The translations under genes and the position numbers were made by a program. Positions 19,694 to 29,055 of a stretch of DNA of 64,000 bases are shown one piece after another. The stretch lies in NCBI GenBank assembly GCA_963712235.1, contig CAVQHC010000017.1:42754-106753 (forward strand), read 5' to 3'. Each line of letters starts with the position of its first letter. The first letter of the stretch is position 1. Source of the stretch: an uncultured delta proteobacterium. GTDB taxonomy: Bacteria; Myxococcota_A; Polyangia; Polyangiales; Houyiibacteriaceae. The notes beneath the pieces were generated by a model, which was not told the origin of the DNA, did not search any database, and saw only the letters and a program-made list of their open reading frames with translations.

Positions 19694-19884
19694 GGGGCTC
19701 GGAAAAAGGCGCGACACGGGGCTGCGCCGAACGGCTCGGCTTGCATTTGTGTTCGGAAGCACTTGGGAGCTTTGACCACGCAAGCCTCGCGTCGGCGCGC
19801 GCGCCAATCTGCGGTGGTTGCTGTCTTGCAGATTGGCACTTGCGACGTCGACTCCGCCCCATATCGCGCCTTTTTCCGGGCCCC
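19694..19884 (+). repeat. 191-bp foldback element, copy A
   Basis: GGGGCTCGGAAAAAGGCGCGA...TCGCGCCTTTTTCCGGGCCCC terminal inverted repeat. Internal hairpin GCCAATCTGC-N15-GCAGATTGGC. I count 3 differences from copy C. Confidence 0.85.
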
Positions 19885-20146
19885 TCCACACATCGACATT
19901 CATGGCGAAGAGCGGGGCGTAAGGATGCTCTCGCGATGTCCTCGACATGGTTCGACATGTATGGCGGGAGTACGTTACGAGATCTGCAAAACCTCGAGGC
20001 GCCGGCTCTAGCGGCCGGAGAGTCTCCAGGACATCGCGCAGATTTCAGGAGCGCGTGGGGTCCCCAGAAGGGCGCCAGCCCGGCCCCACTCACACGCAAA
20101 AAGGAGATCACGATGACCGAGTAGAGTCACAGGCGCACGTCACACC

Positions 20147-20197
20147 GGCACTGGCACTGGCACTGGCGCTGACGCTGGCGCTGGCGCTGACGCTGGC
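20147..20197. repeat. (CTGGCR/CTGACG)n hexanucleotide array, right flank of copy A, followed by (GGC)n
   Basis: ggcactggcactggcactggcgctgacgctggcgctggcgctgacgctggc, then gggcggcggcggcggcggtgaatcc. Confidence 0.9.
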
Positions 20198-20295
20198 GGG
20201 CGGCGGCGGCGGCGGTGAATCCGGTCACGTTCGCTCACCTAAGTACCCGAAGTCCTTGGCCCACCCCCTGGCACGCCTCGTGCTCTCCCCCCTGC

Positions 20296-21799
20296 ATGCT
20301 CGCCACCGCGCATGCCGCGTGTCTCATCGGTATTGAAGCCAACCCCGTTCAAGTCGAGGTGCGGCTCGGCGAGGGGCTACCCGGGTTCGACATCGTCGGG
20401 CTGCCCGAGCGCGGCGTTCGGGAGAGTCGGATTCGGGTGCGCGCTGCCCTTTCGTCGATCGGCTTCGCGTTTCCGCCTCGGCATCTGGTTCTGAACCTCG
20501 CGCCTGGCGATGTTCCAAAGACGGGGGCGGGGCTCGACCTCGCCATCGCTGCCGCAATCCTAGCGGCTTGCGAAGGCGTGTCGTCCGAACAGCTCGCAAG
20601 CACGCTCCTCATCGGCGAGCTCTCGCTGTCCGGCGAGCTTCGTCCGGTGCGCGGCGTCCTCGCCCTGCTGCGAAGCGCGCGCCAAGCGGGTCTCAAGAAC
20701 GCGATCATCCCGGAAGGAAACCGTCACGAGGCCATGCTCGTCGAAGGGGTGTCGGTGCTTGACCGCGCCGCACGTGGGCGCCGTGGTTCGCTGGCTGGGC
20801 GGCGAGGCGCCCCTCCCGGACGTCACCGGCGAGACTGCCGTGCTCGACGCCAGCCTGGACGCCGAGCCGGAGCGCGACCTCGGCGCCATTCGAGGGCAAG
20901 AGGCCGCCCGGCGCGCGCTCGAAATCGCCGCAGCCGGCAGCCACCACATGCTTCTCATCGGGAGCCCGGGCGCAGGCAAAACGATGCTCGCGCGCGCCCT
21001 CCCCTCGATCCTGCCGCCCCCGACCTCCGAAGAGGCCCTCGAAATCGCCACCATCGCAAGCTCGGCCGGGCTTCGCGCGCCGCGGATTCTCACCGGGCGT
21101 CAGCGTCCTTTCCGCGCCCCGCATCACACCGCAAGCGCAGCCGCCATCGTCGGCGGCGGCGAGCCGATCCGCGCCGGCGAGCTGACCCTTGCCCACCGGG
21201 GCGTCCTGTTTCTCGACGAGCTTCCGGAGTTCCGCCGCGACGCGATCGAAACCCTGCGCACGACCATGGAAGAAGGTGAGGTCGTCATCTCGAGAGCGCG
21301 GCAGCGTGTGCGCCTCCCCGCCGAACCGATGGTCATCGCCGCCATGAACCCTTGCCCCTGTGGCTACCACGGCGACCCAACGCGCTTTTGCCGATGCGGC
21401 GAGCTGCAAATCGCGCGCTACCGCGGCCGGGTCTCCGGCCCCCTCCTCGATCGTTTCGATCTTCAGGTCGCCGTGCCGCGGGTCAGCGCGCGGACGATGC
21501 GAAAAGCATCGCGAGGCGAAGCGTCCAAGGCCGTCCAGCAGCGGGTCGAGGAGGCACGGGTTCGCCTGACCTCTTCGGGCGCGCGCGCCAGCATCGAATC
21601 GCTCACCGAAAACGTCGCCCAAGAGGCACTCACGCTGCTCGAGCTCGGCGTCGAACGCCTGAAGATGAGCGCTCGCGCCTATCTCAAAGCGCTTCGCGTC
21701 GCGCACACCATCGCTGCTCTCGATGGGGCGGCCGAGGTGCTGGCCGCGCACACCGCCGAGGCGCTGCAATACCGAGTCCTCGATCGCGAGCCTGCCTGA
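20296..21799 (+). pseudogene. comM: ComM/YifB Mg-chelatase-like AAA+ protein, frame interrupted near 20745-20775
   Basis: MLATAHAACLIGIEANPVQVEV... (Lon-like N-domain) in the frame of ORF 20215. After ...LVEGVSV it continues in the +1 frame (ORF 20759..21799): GSPGAGKTMLARALPSILPP, VLFLDELPEF, zinc-finger-like [15 protein letters not shown]. Confidence 0.8.
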
Positions 21800-21852
21800 G
21801 GCGTCATCGATCGACCCAGCAACCCACCGACACCAACAAGGAGCAAGAGCAA

Positions 21853-22851
<999 letters not shown>

Positions 22852-22889
22852 CGGTTTGTGAACCGGTCGCTTCCTGTTACAAGACGGGC

Positions 22890-23847
22890 GTGCGCTGTCT
22901 GGTTACAGGGGCAACCGGATTCATCGGCGGCGCCGTCCTGCGCGACCTGCAGGCGGCCGGCCACCAAGTCGTGGCCTACGTCCGCGAGGGCAGCGATTCG
23001 CGATCACTCCAAGACGTCGAACGAATCGTCGGCGACCTGAGCGACCCGAACCGCTTGGCGATGGCCGCAGCCAACTGCGACGCCATGGTTCATGCGGCCG
23101 GAATCGCCGATCCCGCGCGCCGCGCCCGACGCCCTTGGCTGGGCGCACATCGCGGGCACCGAAAACGCGATCAACGCGGCAAGGAAAGCCGGTTGCCGCC
23201 GCCTCCTTCACATCTCTTGCGCCGACGTGACGCCTCTACGACGGGCCCCGCTCCTTTTGGAACGAGGACGCCGCCCCGCCTCGGCCCTACGGCGCGCTTG
23301 CAGCAGACGAAACTTCGTGCCGAGGAGCTCGTCCGCGTGTCGGGCCGACGCGGTTTCCGAACCTCGGTGCTCCGCCCCTCCCTGGTTTGGGGGCCGGGAG
23401 ACACCACGCACCTGCCCTGCTTGGGAGAGCGAGGCCGGTCGAGGCGGCATTCGAATCGTCAGCGGCGGCAAGAAACTCCTGTCGACCACGTACATCGCCA
23501 ACCTCGCGCACGCCGTGCGCTGCGCCCTCGAAACCAAAATCACCACCGGCAACGTCTACTACGTCGTCGACGCCGAGCTCTCGGTTTCACGCGACTTCTT
23601 CACCGAGCTCAGCGCCGCCCTCGGCTGGAACCCACCACGGCGCGGCGGCCCGTACCGCTGGGCCTGGATCGCCGCCCGGTCCGGGCTATCGTCGCTTCAC
23701 CCGAGCGAAGTGATCCGCCGGGGACACACGAGCGCCTTCGAGATGAACAGAGCCAAAAAAGACCTCGGCTACGAGCCCATCGTCACGCGCGACCAAGGCC
23801 TGGCCGCGCTCGCCGCCTGGTACCGCCAAACCCGAGTCGGCCCATGA
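22890..23847 (+). pseudogene. NAD-dependent epimerase/dehydratase (3-beta-HSD-like), about four successive frame changes
   Basis: MRCLVTGATGFIGGAV... in frame 0. ALGWAHIAGTENAINAARKAGCRRLLHISCADVT in +1. LYDGPRSFWNEDAAPPRPYG in +2. QTKLRAEELVRVSGRRGFRTSVLRPSLVWGPGD back in frame 0. GIRIVSGGKKLLSTTYIANLAHA...WYRQTRVGP* in +1. Confidence 0.7.
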
Positions 23848-24329
23848 CCAACGAAAACCCGGACGAGCAGTGGATGCGGGCCGCGATCGCCGAAGCACGC
23901 CTCGCCGAGGCCAAGGGCGAAGTCCCGGTCGGCGCGGTGATCGTGCACGAAGGGCAGATCATCGGCCGCGGTCACAACGAGCGCGAGTCGTCCCAAGACC
24001 CAACCCAGCACGCAGAAATGATCGCCATTCGCGACGCGGCCGAGCACCTCGGCAGTTGGCGACTGATCGACACCGCGCTCTACGTCACCCTCGAGCCCTG
24101 CCCCATGTGCGCCGGCGCCCTGGTCAACGCGCGCGTGCCGCGGGTCGTCTGGGGCTGCGACGACCCGAAGGCAGGCGCTACCCAAACCCTCTACAACATC
24201 GGAAGCGACGCGCGTCTCAACCACACGTTCGACTGTGTGCCGGGCGTCTTAGGCGATGCGTGCAGCATGCTGCTGAGCGAGTTTTTCGCTGCAATTCGCG
24301 CCCAGAACAAGCCTCGGAACGGCCGTTGA
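23844..24329 (+). CDS. tadA: tRNA-specific adenosine deaminase
   Basis: HAEMIAIRDA and PCPMCAGA zinc-binding deaminase motifs. ATG overlaps the stop of the upstream (frameshifted) gene as ATGA. Confidence 0.92.
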   Translation: MTNENPDEQWMRAAIAEARLAEAKGEVPVGAVIVHEGQIIGRGHNERESSQDPTQHAEMIAIRDAAEHLGSWRLIDTALYVTLEPCPMCAGALVNARVPRVVWGCDDPKAGATQTLYNIGSDARLNHTFDCVPGVLGDACSMLLSEFFAAIRAQNKPRNGR

Positions 24330-24360
24330 CACCCCAATGCGTTTTGCTAGCTTCCGCCGC

Positions 24361-24445
24361 GGAGAGCTGTCCGAGTGGTCGAAGGTGCGTGATTCGAAAT
24401 CACGTGTACCGAGAGGTACCAAGGGTTCGAATCCCTTGCTCTCCG
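24361..24445 (+). tRNA. tRNA-Ser (anticodon CGA)
   Basis: Acceptor GGAGAGC/GCTCTCC. Anticodon arm CGTGA-TTCGAAA-TCACG. Long variable arm. T-loop GGTTCGAATCC. No encoded CCA. Confidence 0.9.
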
Positions 24446-24533
24446 CTACGTTCTTTGACCTACAAGTTGACGACCGCAGAGGCCCCTGCCCAAAAAGCAG
24501 AGGCTGAAGCGAACAGGAAGGCGGACTCCGCCA

Positions 24534-24618
24534 GGAGAGGTGACCGAGTGGTCGAAGGTGCACGACTGGAAATCGTGTGTACCGTAAGGTACCGGGGGTT
24601 CGAATCCCTTCCTCTCCG
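24534..24618 (+). tRNA. tRNA-Ser (anticodon GGA)
   Basis: Acceptor GGAGAGG/CCTCTCC. Anticodon arm CACGA-CTGGAAA-TCGTG. Long variable arm. GGTTCGAATCC T-loop. Confidence 0.9.
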
Positions 24619-24638
24619 CCGATCGGCGCTCCCGCCCA

Positions 24639-24736
<98 letters not shown>

Positions 24737-24783
24737 TTTTTACGCTATAATGGAGGAAGCGGGGCAAGGCGACGTACTTAGCG

Positions 24784-25590
24784 ATGGACCGAATCATGCG
24801 TCATTCGATTCCCATCTTCTTGCTCACCATGGTCCTCGGGCCGGCGGATGCCCTCGCGCAACCGCCTTCGACTCAGCCGAGAGACCAGCCGTCGTCGATC
24901 GTCGTCATCGACTCGCCGCCGCAAGCGCCTCCGCCGCAGCAGCCTTCCACGGGCGTCATTCTCCGCCGGCCGGGGACGGGTCGCGTCATGCTGACGGGAA
25001 CCCCCGTACGCACGCACTTCCAATCGCCAACCGACGGCGTCTCGTTCCAACTTCGAACCGGCGGCAGCTACACCTCGGTCAGCGGCGTCAGCTTCGGCAT
25101 GGGGTACGGCATGGGGTACGGCTGGGGTGGCCCCGGCTGGGGCTGGGGCGGCTACGGCGTCGGCTACGGCGTCGCACCCTATTACGGAGAGGTGGTCACC
25201 AAGGCCTATCAACCGATCTGCGAAGCGCCCTGCGATGCGACCCTGCTCTCGGGCAGGCATCGTTTCGCGCTCTCGCTCAACGGCGGAAGGCCCCTCGACG
25301 TCGCGCAGCCCGTCGACCTCAGCGTCGAGTCGGTCATCGAAGGCCGCTACGTCGACAAGAGCCACCTGCGCAGAGCCGGCTGGATCACCTTCGTCGCAGG
25401 CTCCATCGCCGGCATGGCGCTCATGTTCTCCTCGATCGACTACCGCGCCGACCCCTACTTCGGCGATCAAATCCGCTACGGCGGCATGTTCTACACAGGC
25501 GTCGGCCTCTTCGTCAGCTCGATCATCACCGGCGCCGTCCTCGCCGCCCAAGGCGACGAAGCCAGCGTCACGGTCTACCCCGTAGAGTAG
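24784..25590 (+). CDS. Hypothetical secreted/membrane protein with Gly/Tyr/Trp-rich segment
   Basis: Signal-like IPIFLLTMVLGPADALA. GMGYGMGYGWGGPGWGWGGYGVGYG. Two C-terminal hydrophobic helices. The alternative ATG at 24796 is equally possible. Confidence 0.55.
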   Translation: MDRIMRHSIPIFLLTMVLGPADALAQPPSTQPRDQPSSIVVIDSPPQAPPPQQPSTGVILRRPGTGRVMLTGTPVRTHFQSPTDGVSFQLRTGGSYTSVSGVSFGMGYGMGYGWGGPGWGWGGYGVGYGVAPYYGEVVTKAYQPICEAPCDATLLSGRHRFALSLNGGRPLDVAQPVDLSVESVIEGRYVDKSHLRRAGWITFVAGSIAGMALMFSSIDYRADPYFGDQIRYGGMFYTGVGLFVSSIITGAVLAAQGDEASVTVYPVE

Positions 25591-25619
25591 GGGGGGTGTA
25601 GCCACGTAGCGGACTCAGG

Positions 25620-25693
25620 AGGACTCGAACCTCCAACCCCCGGCTCCGTAGGCCGGTGCTCTATCCAATTGAGCTATGAGTCCCCGGAGCGCG
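25620..25693 (-). tRNA. tRNA-Arg (anticodon ACG)
   Basis: Reverse complement gives GGACTCA..GCTCAATTGGATAGAGC..CCGGC-CTACGGA-GCCGG..GGAGGTTCGAGTCCTCC-TGAGTCC-G, 74 nt. Confidence 0.9.
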
Positions 25694-25745
25694 CACGGTA
25701 GCGGCCCCGTTTGGAGCGTCAAGCGCCCCAACTTGCGGAGAGGAA

Positions 25746-25835
25746 GGGATTCGAACCCCCGGTACGGCTCTACACCGCACGGCCGCTTAGCAAGCGGCTG
25801 CCTTCGACCACTCGGCCACCTCTCCAAGAAGCAAA
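25746..25835 (-). tRNA. tRNA-Ser (anticodon GCU)
   Basis: Reverse complement gives GGAGAGGTGGCCGAGTGGTCGAAGG..GCCGC-TTGCTAA-GCGGC, a long variable arm, and GGTTCGAATCCCTTCCTCTCCG. Confidence 0.9.
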
Positions 25836-25951
25836 GATTTCAATGCCCGGCACGGCGAACGCTGCGCGCGGGCGGCCTATGTAGCCGCCCCCCAAAGCAG
25901 TGTCAAAGGCCCCCTCGGAGCGCGGGTCCGGGCCGTGCTACAAAGGCCGTC

Positions 25952-26518
25952 ATGCGTTGGCTCTTGGTGTTCTTGATCGGTCTTGCGAGCTTCACCCAAA
26001 CCAGCGAGGCCCGAGCCTGCTCCTGCATGAAGCTCACCCCTTCCGAAGGCCTCACTTCTTCGTACGCGGTCTTCACCGGCGAGGTCACCAACATCGAGCC
26101 GAACACCGCGACCAGGTTCGGTGGGGTCGAAATCACGCTGCGGGTGAAGAAGGTTTGGAAAGGCGACATCGGCGCGCAAGTCCAGGTCCGCACCGCCGGC
26201 AGCAGCGCGGCCTGCGGCTACAGCTTCGTGAAAGGCGAAACGTACCTGGTCTACGCTGACCGGGACGAAGCCGACCCGATGCGAGTGAGCCTCTGCAGCC
26301 GGACCGCGCTCATCGCCAACGCCCAAGAGGACCTCGACTTTCTCGGGAAGCCCACAAAGGAGCTCAAGGACGCGAGCGCGCGCGAAAAGAGCAAAGATGG
26401 CAAAGCCCGCAGAAGAGACAACTGCAGCGCATCCCCCGGCCCCGCCGGCCGCGCCGGTCTCGGCTGGGTCGTGCTCTTCCTCGCTGGCGCAACGCTCACG
26501 CTGCGACGCTTCTCCTAA
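25952..26518 (+). CDS. TIMP/netrin-module-like secreted protein with MYXO-CTERM-type anchor
   Basis: Signal MRWLLVFLIGLASFTQTSEARA, then a predicted mature N-terminus CSC. Later Cys residues lie in AACGYSF and VSLCSRT. C-terminal CSASPGPAGRAGLGWVVLFLAGATLTLRR. Confidence 0.65.
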   Translation: MRWLLVFLIGLASFTQTSEARACSCMKLTPSEGLTSSYAVFTGEVTNIEPNTATRFGGVEITLRVKKVWKGDIGAQVQVRTAGSSAACGYSFVKGETYLVYADRDEADPMRVSLCSRTALIANAQEDLDFLGKPTKELKDASAREKSKDGKARRRDNCSASPGPAGRAGLGWVVLFLAGATLTLRRFS

Positions 26519-26539
26519 CTCACCCCGAACGGACCCCTC

Positions 26540-27652
26540 TTGCGCCTGACCGCCCCCGCCTTGCTGCTGCTCGCCTGTGCGTCGTTGTTCGCGTCACTCA
26601 CCGGCTGCAGCACGACTCCAGCAAAGCCGTCGCTCATGGCGAACATGGCGCAGCAAGACGTGACGGTCCCGCAGCTGCGCGCCCTCGACTACGAGTACGC
26701 GGCCCGCTTCGGGCAGCTCGTATCAACGACCGTCTTGGACATCGTCGAAGCGAGCGACAAGCTCGAGGTCTTCGATCGCGCGTACCAGTGGCAGATGTGG
26801 GCCGCGGCACAGGCGCGCGGCGCCTCGTTCGACCGGGACCCTTTCGCCGGAATGCTGGAGCTCTGGACGCTCGCGGGGCAGCAGCGCAAGCACTTCACCG
26901 AAGGTGGGGGCAAAGACGCGTTTGCCGGCCAGCAGGCCATCGCCGTCCAGACCACCGAGCGGCTGGAGCGCGACATCCGAGAAATCGCCTCGTCGGTGAT
27001 GGAACCCGAAGCGTTCGAAGATCTCAGCGCGAAGGTCGACGCGTGGGTCGACAGGAATCCGATCGAGGGCCGGCTTTTCATGCGGCCCACGGCGCGCGCA
27101 GACCTGGCCGCGTTGGTCCCCGCCGAGAAGCAGGGCGGCCTCAAGGCGGTCGGCAGCATCGAGGACCAATTTCGCGACCTCAACGATCGGCTCGGGATCC
27201 TCACGACGCAGCTGCCCTCCGAGGCGCGCTGGCAAGTCGAATATGTAACAAACGCGCTGTTCGAGGAACGACTCGAGGCGCCCATCGACGAGCTGGTCGT
27301 CACCATGGAGAACATCAACGGCTTCCTCGACGAGCTCGATGGGATGGTGGACGGACAGGTCTCGACGCTTCTTGGGGCGGTCGAGAGGGAGCGGCTTGCG
27401 GTGTTCGAAGCCATCGCCGAGGAGCGCGCCATGGTTCTCGGGGCCATCGAGCAAGAGCGCGTTTCGGTGATGGATGAGCTCGACTCGCAGTTGCTCACGG
27501 CCACCGCCAAGCTCAACGACGTCGGGAAGGGCCTGATCGACCACTTCTTCGTTCGACTCATCGAAGTTCTCGCCGTGGTGGGCGTGGCAACGATTCTGAC
27601 GGTCCTGCTCGTGCTGGTCGTCCTTCGGAAACGCCGCAGCAGCGACGATTGA
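26540..27652 (+). CDS. Hypothetical lipoprotein with C-terminal TM helix
   Basis: TTG start. LLLLACASLFASLTGC lipobox. C-terminal VLAVVGVATILTVLLVLVVLRKRR. Confidence 0.55.
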   Translation: MRLTAPALLLLACASLFASLTGCSTTPAKPSLMANMAQQDVTVPQLRALDYEYAARFGQLVSTTVLDIVEASDKLEVFDRAYQWQMWAAAQARGASFDRDPFAGMLELWTLAGQQRKHFTEGGGKDAFAGQQAIAVQTTERLERDIREIASSVMEPEAFEDLSAKVDAWVDRNPIEGRLFMRPTARADLAALVPAEKQGGLKAVGSIEDQFRDLNDRLGILTTQLPSEARWQVEYVTNALFEERLEAPIDELVVTMENINGFLDELDGMVDGQVSTLLGAVERERLAVFEAIAEERAMVLGAIEQERVSVMDELDSQLLTATAKLNDVGKGLIDHFFVRLIEVLAVVGVATILTVLLVLVVLRKRRSSDD

Positions 27653-27683
27653 CCCTGCGCCGCGAAACGAATATGTCCGTCTA

Positions 27684-28529
27684 ATGGATGTGGTTTCGTT
27701 CCGAGAGACGGCCGAGCGGTACTCCGTCATTTTTCTCGATGCCTACGGCGTTTTGAAGAGCTCGAGCGGGCTCATCGACGGCGCCTTGGAGGTGGTCACG
27801 TCTTTGATCGACGCGGGCAAAGAGGTCTTCGTCGTCACCAACGATTCGTCCCGATCGCCCGAATCGATGGCCGAGCGGTACTCGCAGCAGGCCGGACGCG
27901 AGCTCTTGCCGGCCGACCGCTACATCTCTTCGGGGCTCTTGGCGGCCGAATACCTCGAGAACCAGATTCCATACGGCAAGGTCGCCTACCTCGGGAAGCC
28001 CGAGTCCGCGCACTACATCGAAATCGCCGGCAAGATTCCGATTCCGATTGCGGACTGCACCTCCAGCAACAACATCGTCGCGATCGTGCTGCTCGACGAT
28101 GAGGGCTTCGACTGGTTCCGAGACGTGAACGCCACGCTCAATTTGATTCGTCACACCAACGTGCCGGTCATCGTCGCCAACAACGACATCACGTACCCGA
28201 TGAAGGGCAATGAAATCGCCATCGCGGTCGGCAGCCTAGGCGACCTGCTCTCGCAAATCACCGAAAAGACCTTCGTCCGTTTCGGCAAACCCGACTCGAT
28301 GATGTTCGCCTACGCACTGGCCCGCGCCCGCAAAGAGCTCCCCAACATCACCAAACGCGACGTCCTCTTCGTCGGCGACACGCTGCGCACCGACATCATT
28401 GGCGCGAACACGTATGGATTCGACAGCACCCTGGTTCTCTCGGGAAACACGCTGCCCGAAACCGCCGACCTGATGATCCGATCCTCGGGGATCATTCCGA
28501 CTTACGTGAGCGAGTCGATCGCGACGTAA
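27684..28529 (+). CDS. HAD-superfamily hydrolase, subfamily IIA
   Basis: VIFLDAYGVL (DxxG nucleophile motif), VVTNDSS, FVGDTLRTDIIGA. Confidence 0.8.
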   Translation: MDVVSFRETAERYSVIFLDAYGVLKSSSGLIDGALEVVTSLIDAGKEVFVVTNDSSRSPESMAERYSQQAGRELLPADRYISSGLLAAEYLENQIPYGKVAYLGKPESAHYIEIAGKIPIPIADCTSSNNIVAIVLLDDEGFDWFRDVNATLNLIRHTNVPVIVANNDITYPMKGNEIAIAVGSLGDLLSQITEKTFVRFGKPDSMMFAYALARARKELPNITKRDVLFVGDTLRTDIIGANTYGFDSTLVLSGNTLPETADLMIRSSGIIPTYVSESIAT

Positions 28530-28533
28530 GATC

Positions 28534-29045
28534 GGGGCGCGGAAAAACCCGTCACGGGGTTCCATCGAACGGCTCGGCGCCAAGCGGCTTGTGCTGCCGC
28601 GGATGTTTGGGGGTCGGGTCTTGGGTGGGTTGGCTGGTACGGTTTGGTTGAACCGCCCCGCCCACCCCCACCCGTAATCCTCCCTGGCGCGGCATTCGCT
28701 TCGCTCTGCCTTGCCGGCGCATTCGCGCCGGGCTTCGCCCTGCGGGCTCGCGCTTCCGCCTGCCGTGGGGGAGCCGGGTTCCGCCTGCCGTATGGGCGCC
28801 GGGTTCGCCCTGTCTCCATATGAAGGGGCGCGCTTGAAGATCTATCCGTATGGAGGGGCGCGGAAAAAAACCCGTCATGGGGTGGAGTCGACGTAACGAG
28901 TGACAATCTGCAAGACAGCAACCACCCCAGATTGGCGCGAGTTCCGAGGCGAGGCTTGCGTGGCCTAAGGCCCCAAGCCCCTCCGGCCACCTCTGCAAGC
29001 CGAGCCGTTCGATGGAACCCCGTGACGGGTTTTTTTCCGCGCCCC
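28534..29045. mobile_element. 512-bp foldback (MITE-like) element with about 45-bp terminal inverted repeats
   Basis: GGGGCGCGGAAAAACCCGTCACGGGGTTCCATCGAACGGCTCGGC at 28534..28578 is the reverse complement of 29002..29045, apart from A5 versus T7. Sits between two convergent genes. Confidence 0.8.
28855..29045 (-). repeat. 191-bp foldback element, copy B (inverted orientation, divergent)
   Basis: Same length and internal landmarks as copies A and C (GGCTTGC/GCAAGCC stem, CAATCTG..GGTGGTTGCTGTCTT..CAGATTG hairpin). Terminal stem GGGGCGCGGAAAAAAACCCGTCA / TGACGGGTTTTTTTCCGCGCCCC. Confidence 0.8.
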
Positions 29046-29055
29046 GGTGGTCCGT

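Larger units (their letters stand above)
19641..20225 (-). mobile_element. Degenerate copy of the composite repeat (arrays + 191-bp element + spacer; four-helix-bundle gene deleted)
   Basis: Collinear with 62737..63662. Between 20046 and 20047 it lacks about 310 bp, keeping only the last 12 codons plus stop of the gene (EICAMSWRLSGR*, 20008..20046) and the right half of the upstream palindrome. Confidence 0.75.

Noticed and set aside
19641-20197. Hexanucleotide arrays as a CRISPR array
   Set aside because: The units are 6 bp and contiguous, with no unique spacers of 25-40 bp, no leader and no cas genes. This is a microsatellite, not CRISPR.
21800-21852. LexA/SOS box upstream of recA
   Set aside because: The 53-nt spacer contains no palindrome or direct repeat that I could recognise as an operator. 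recA may be read through from comM or regulated from further upstream.
28579-28854. A degraded protein gene inside the 512-bp foldback
   Set aside because: All six frames give only low-complexity Pro/Arg/Gly strings. There is no similarity to the four-helix-bundle gene or its spacer beyond the first few bases next to the 191-bp element. The short direct repeats argue for non-coding sequence.
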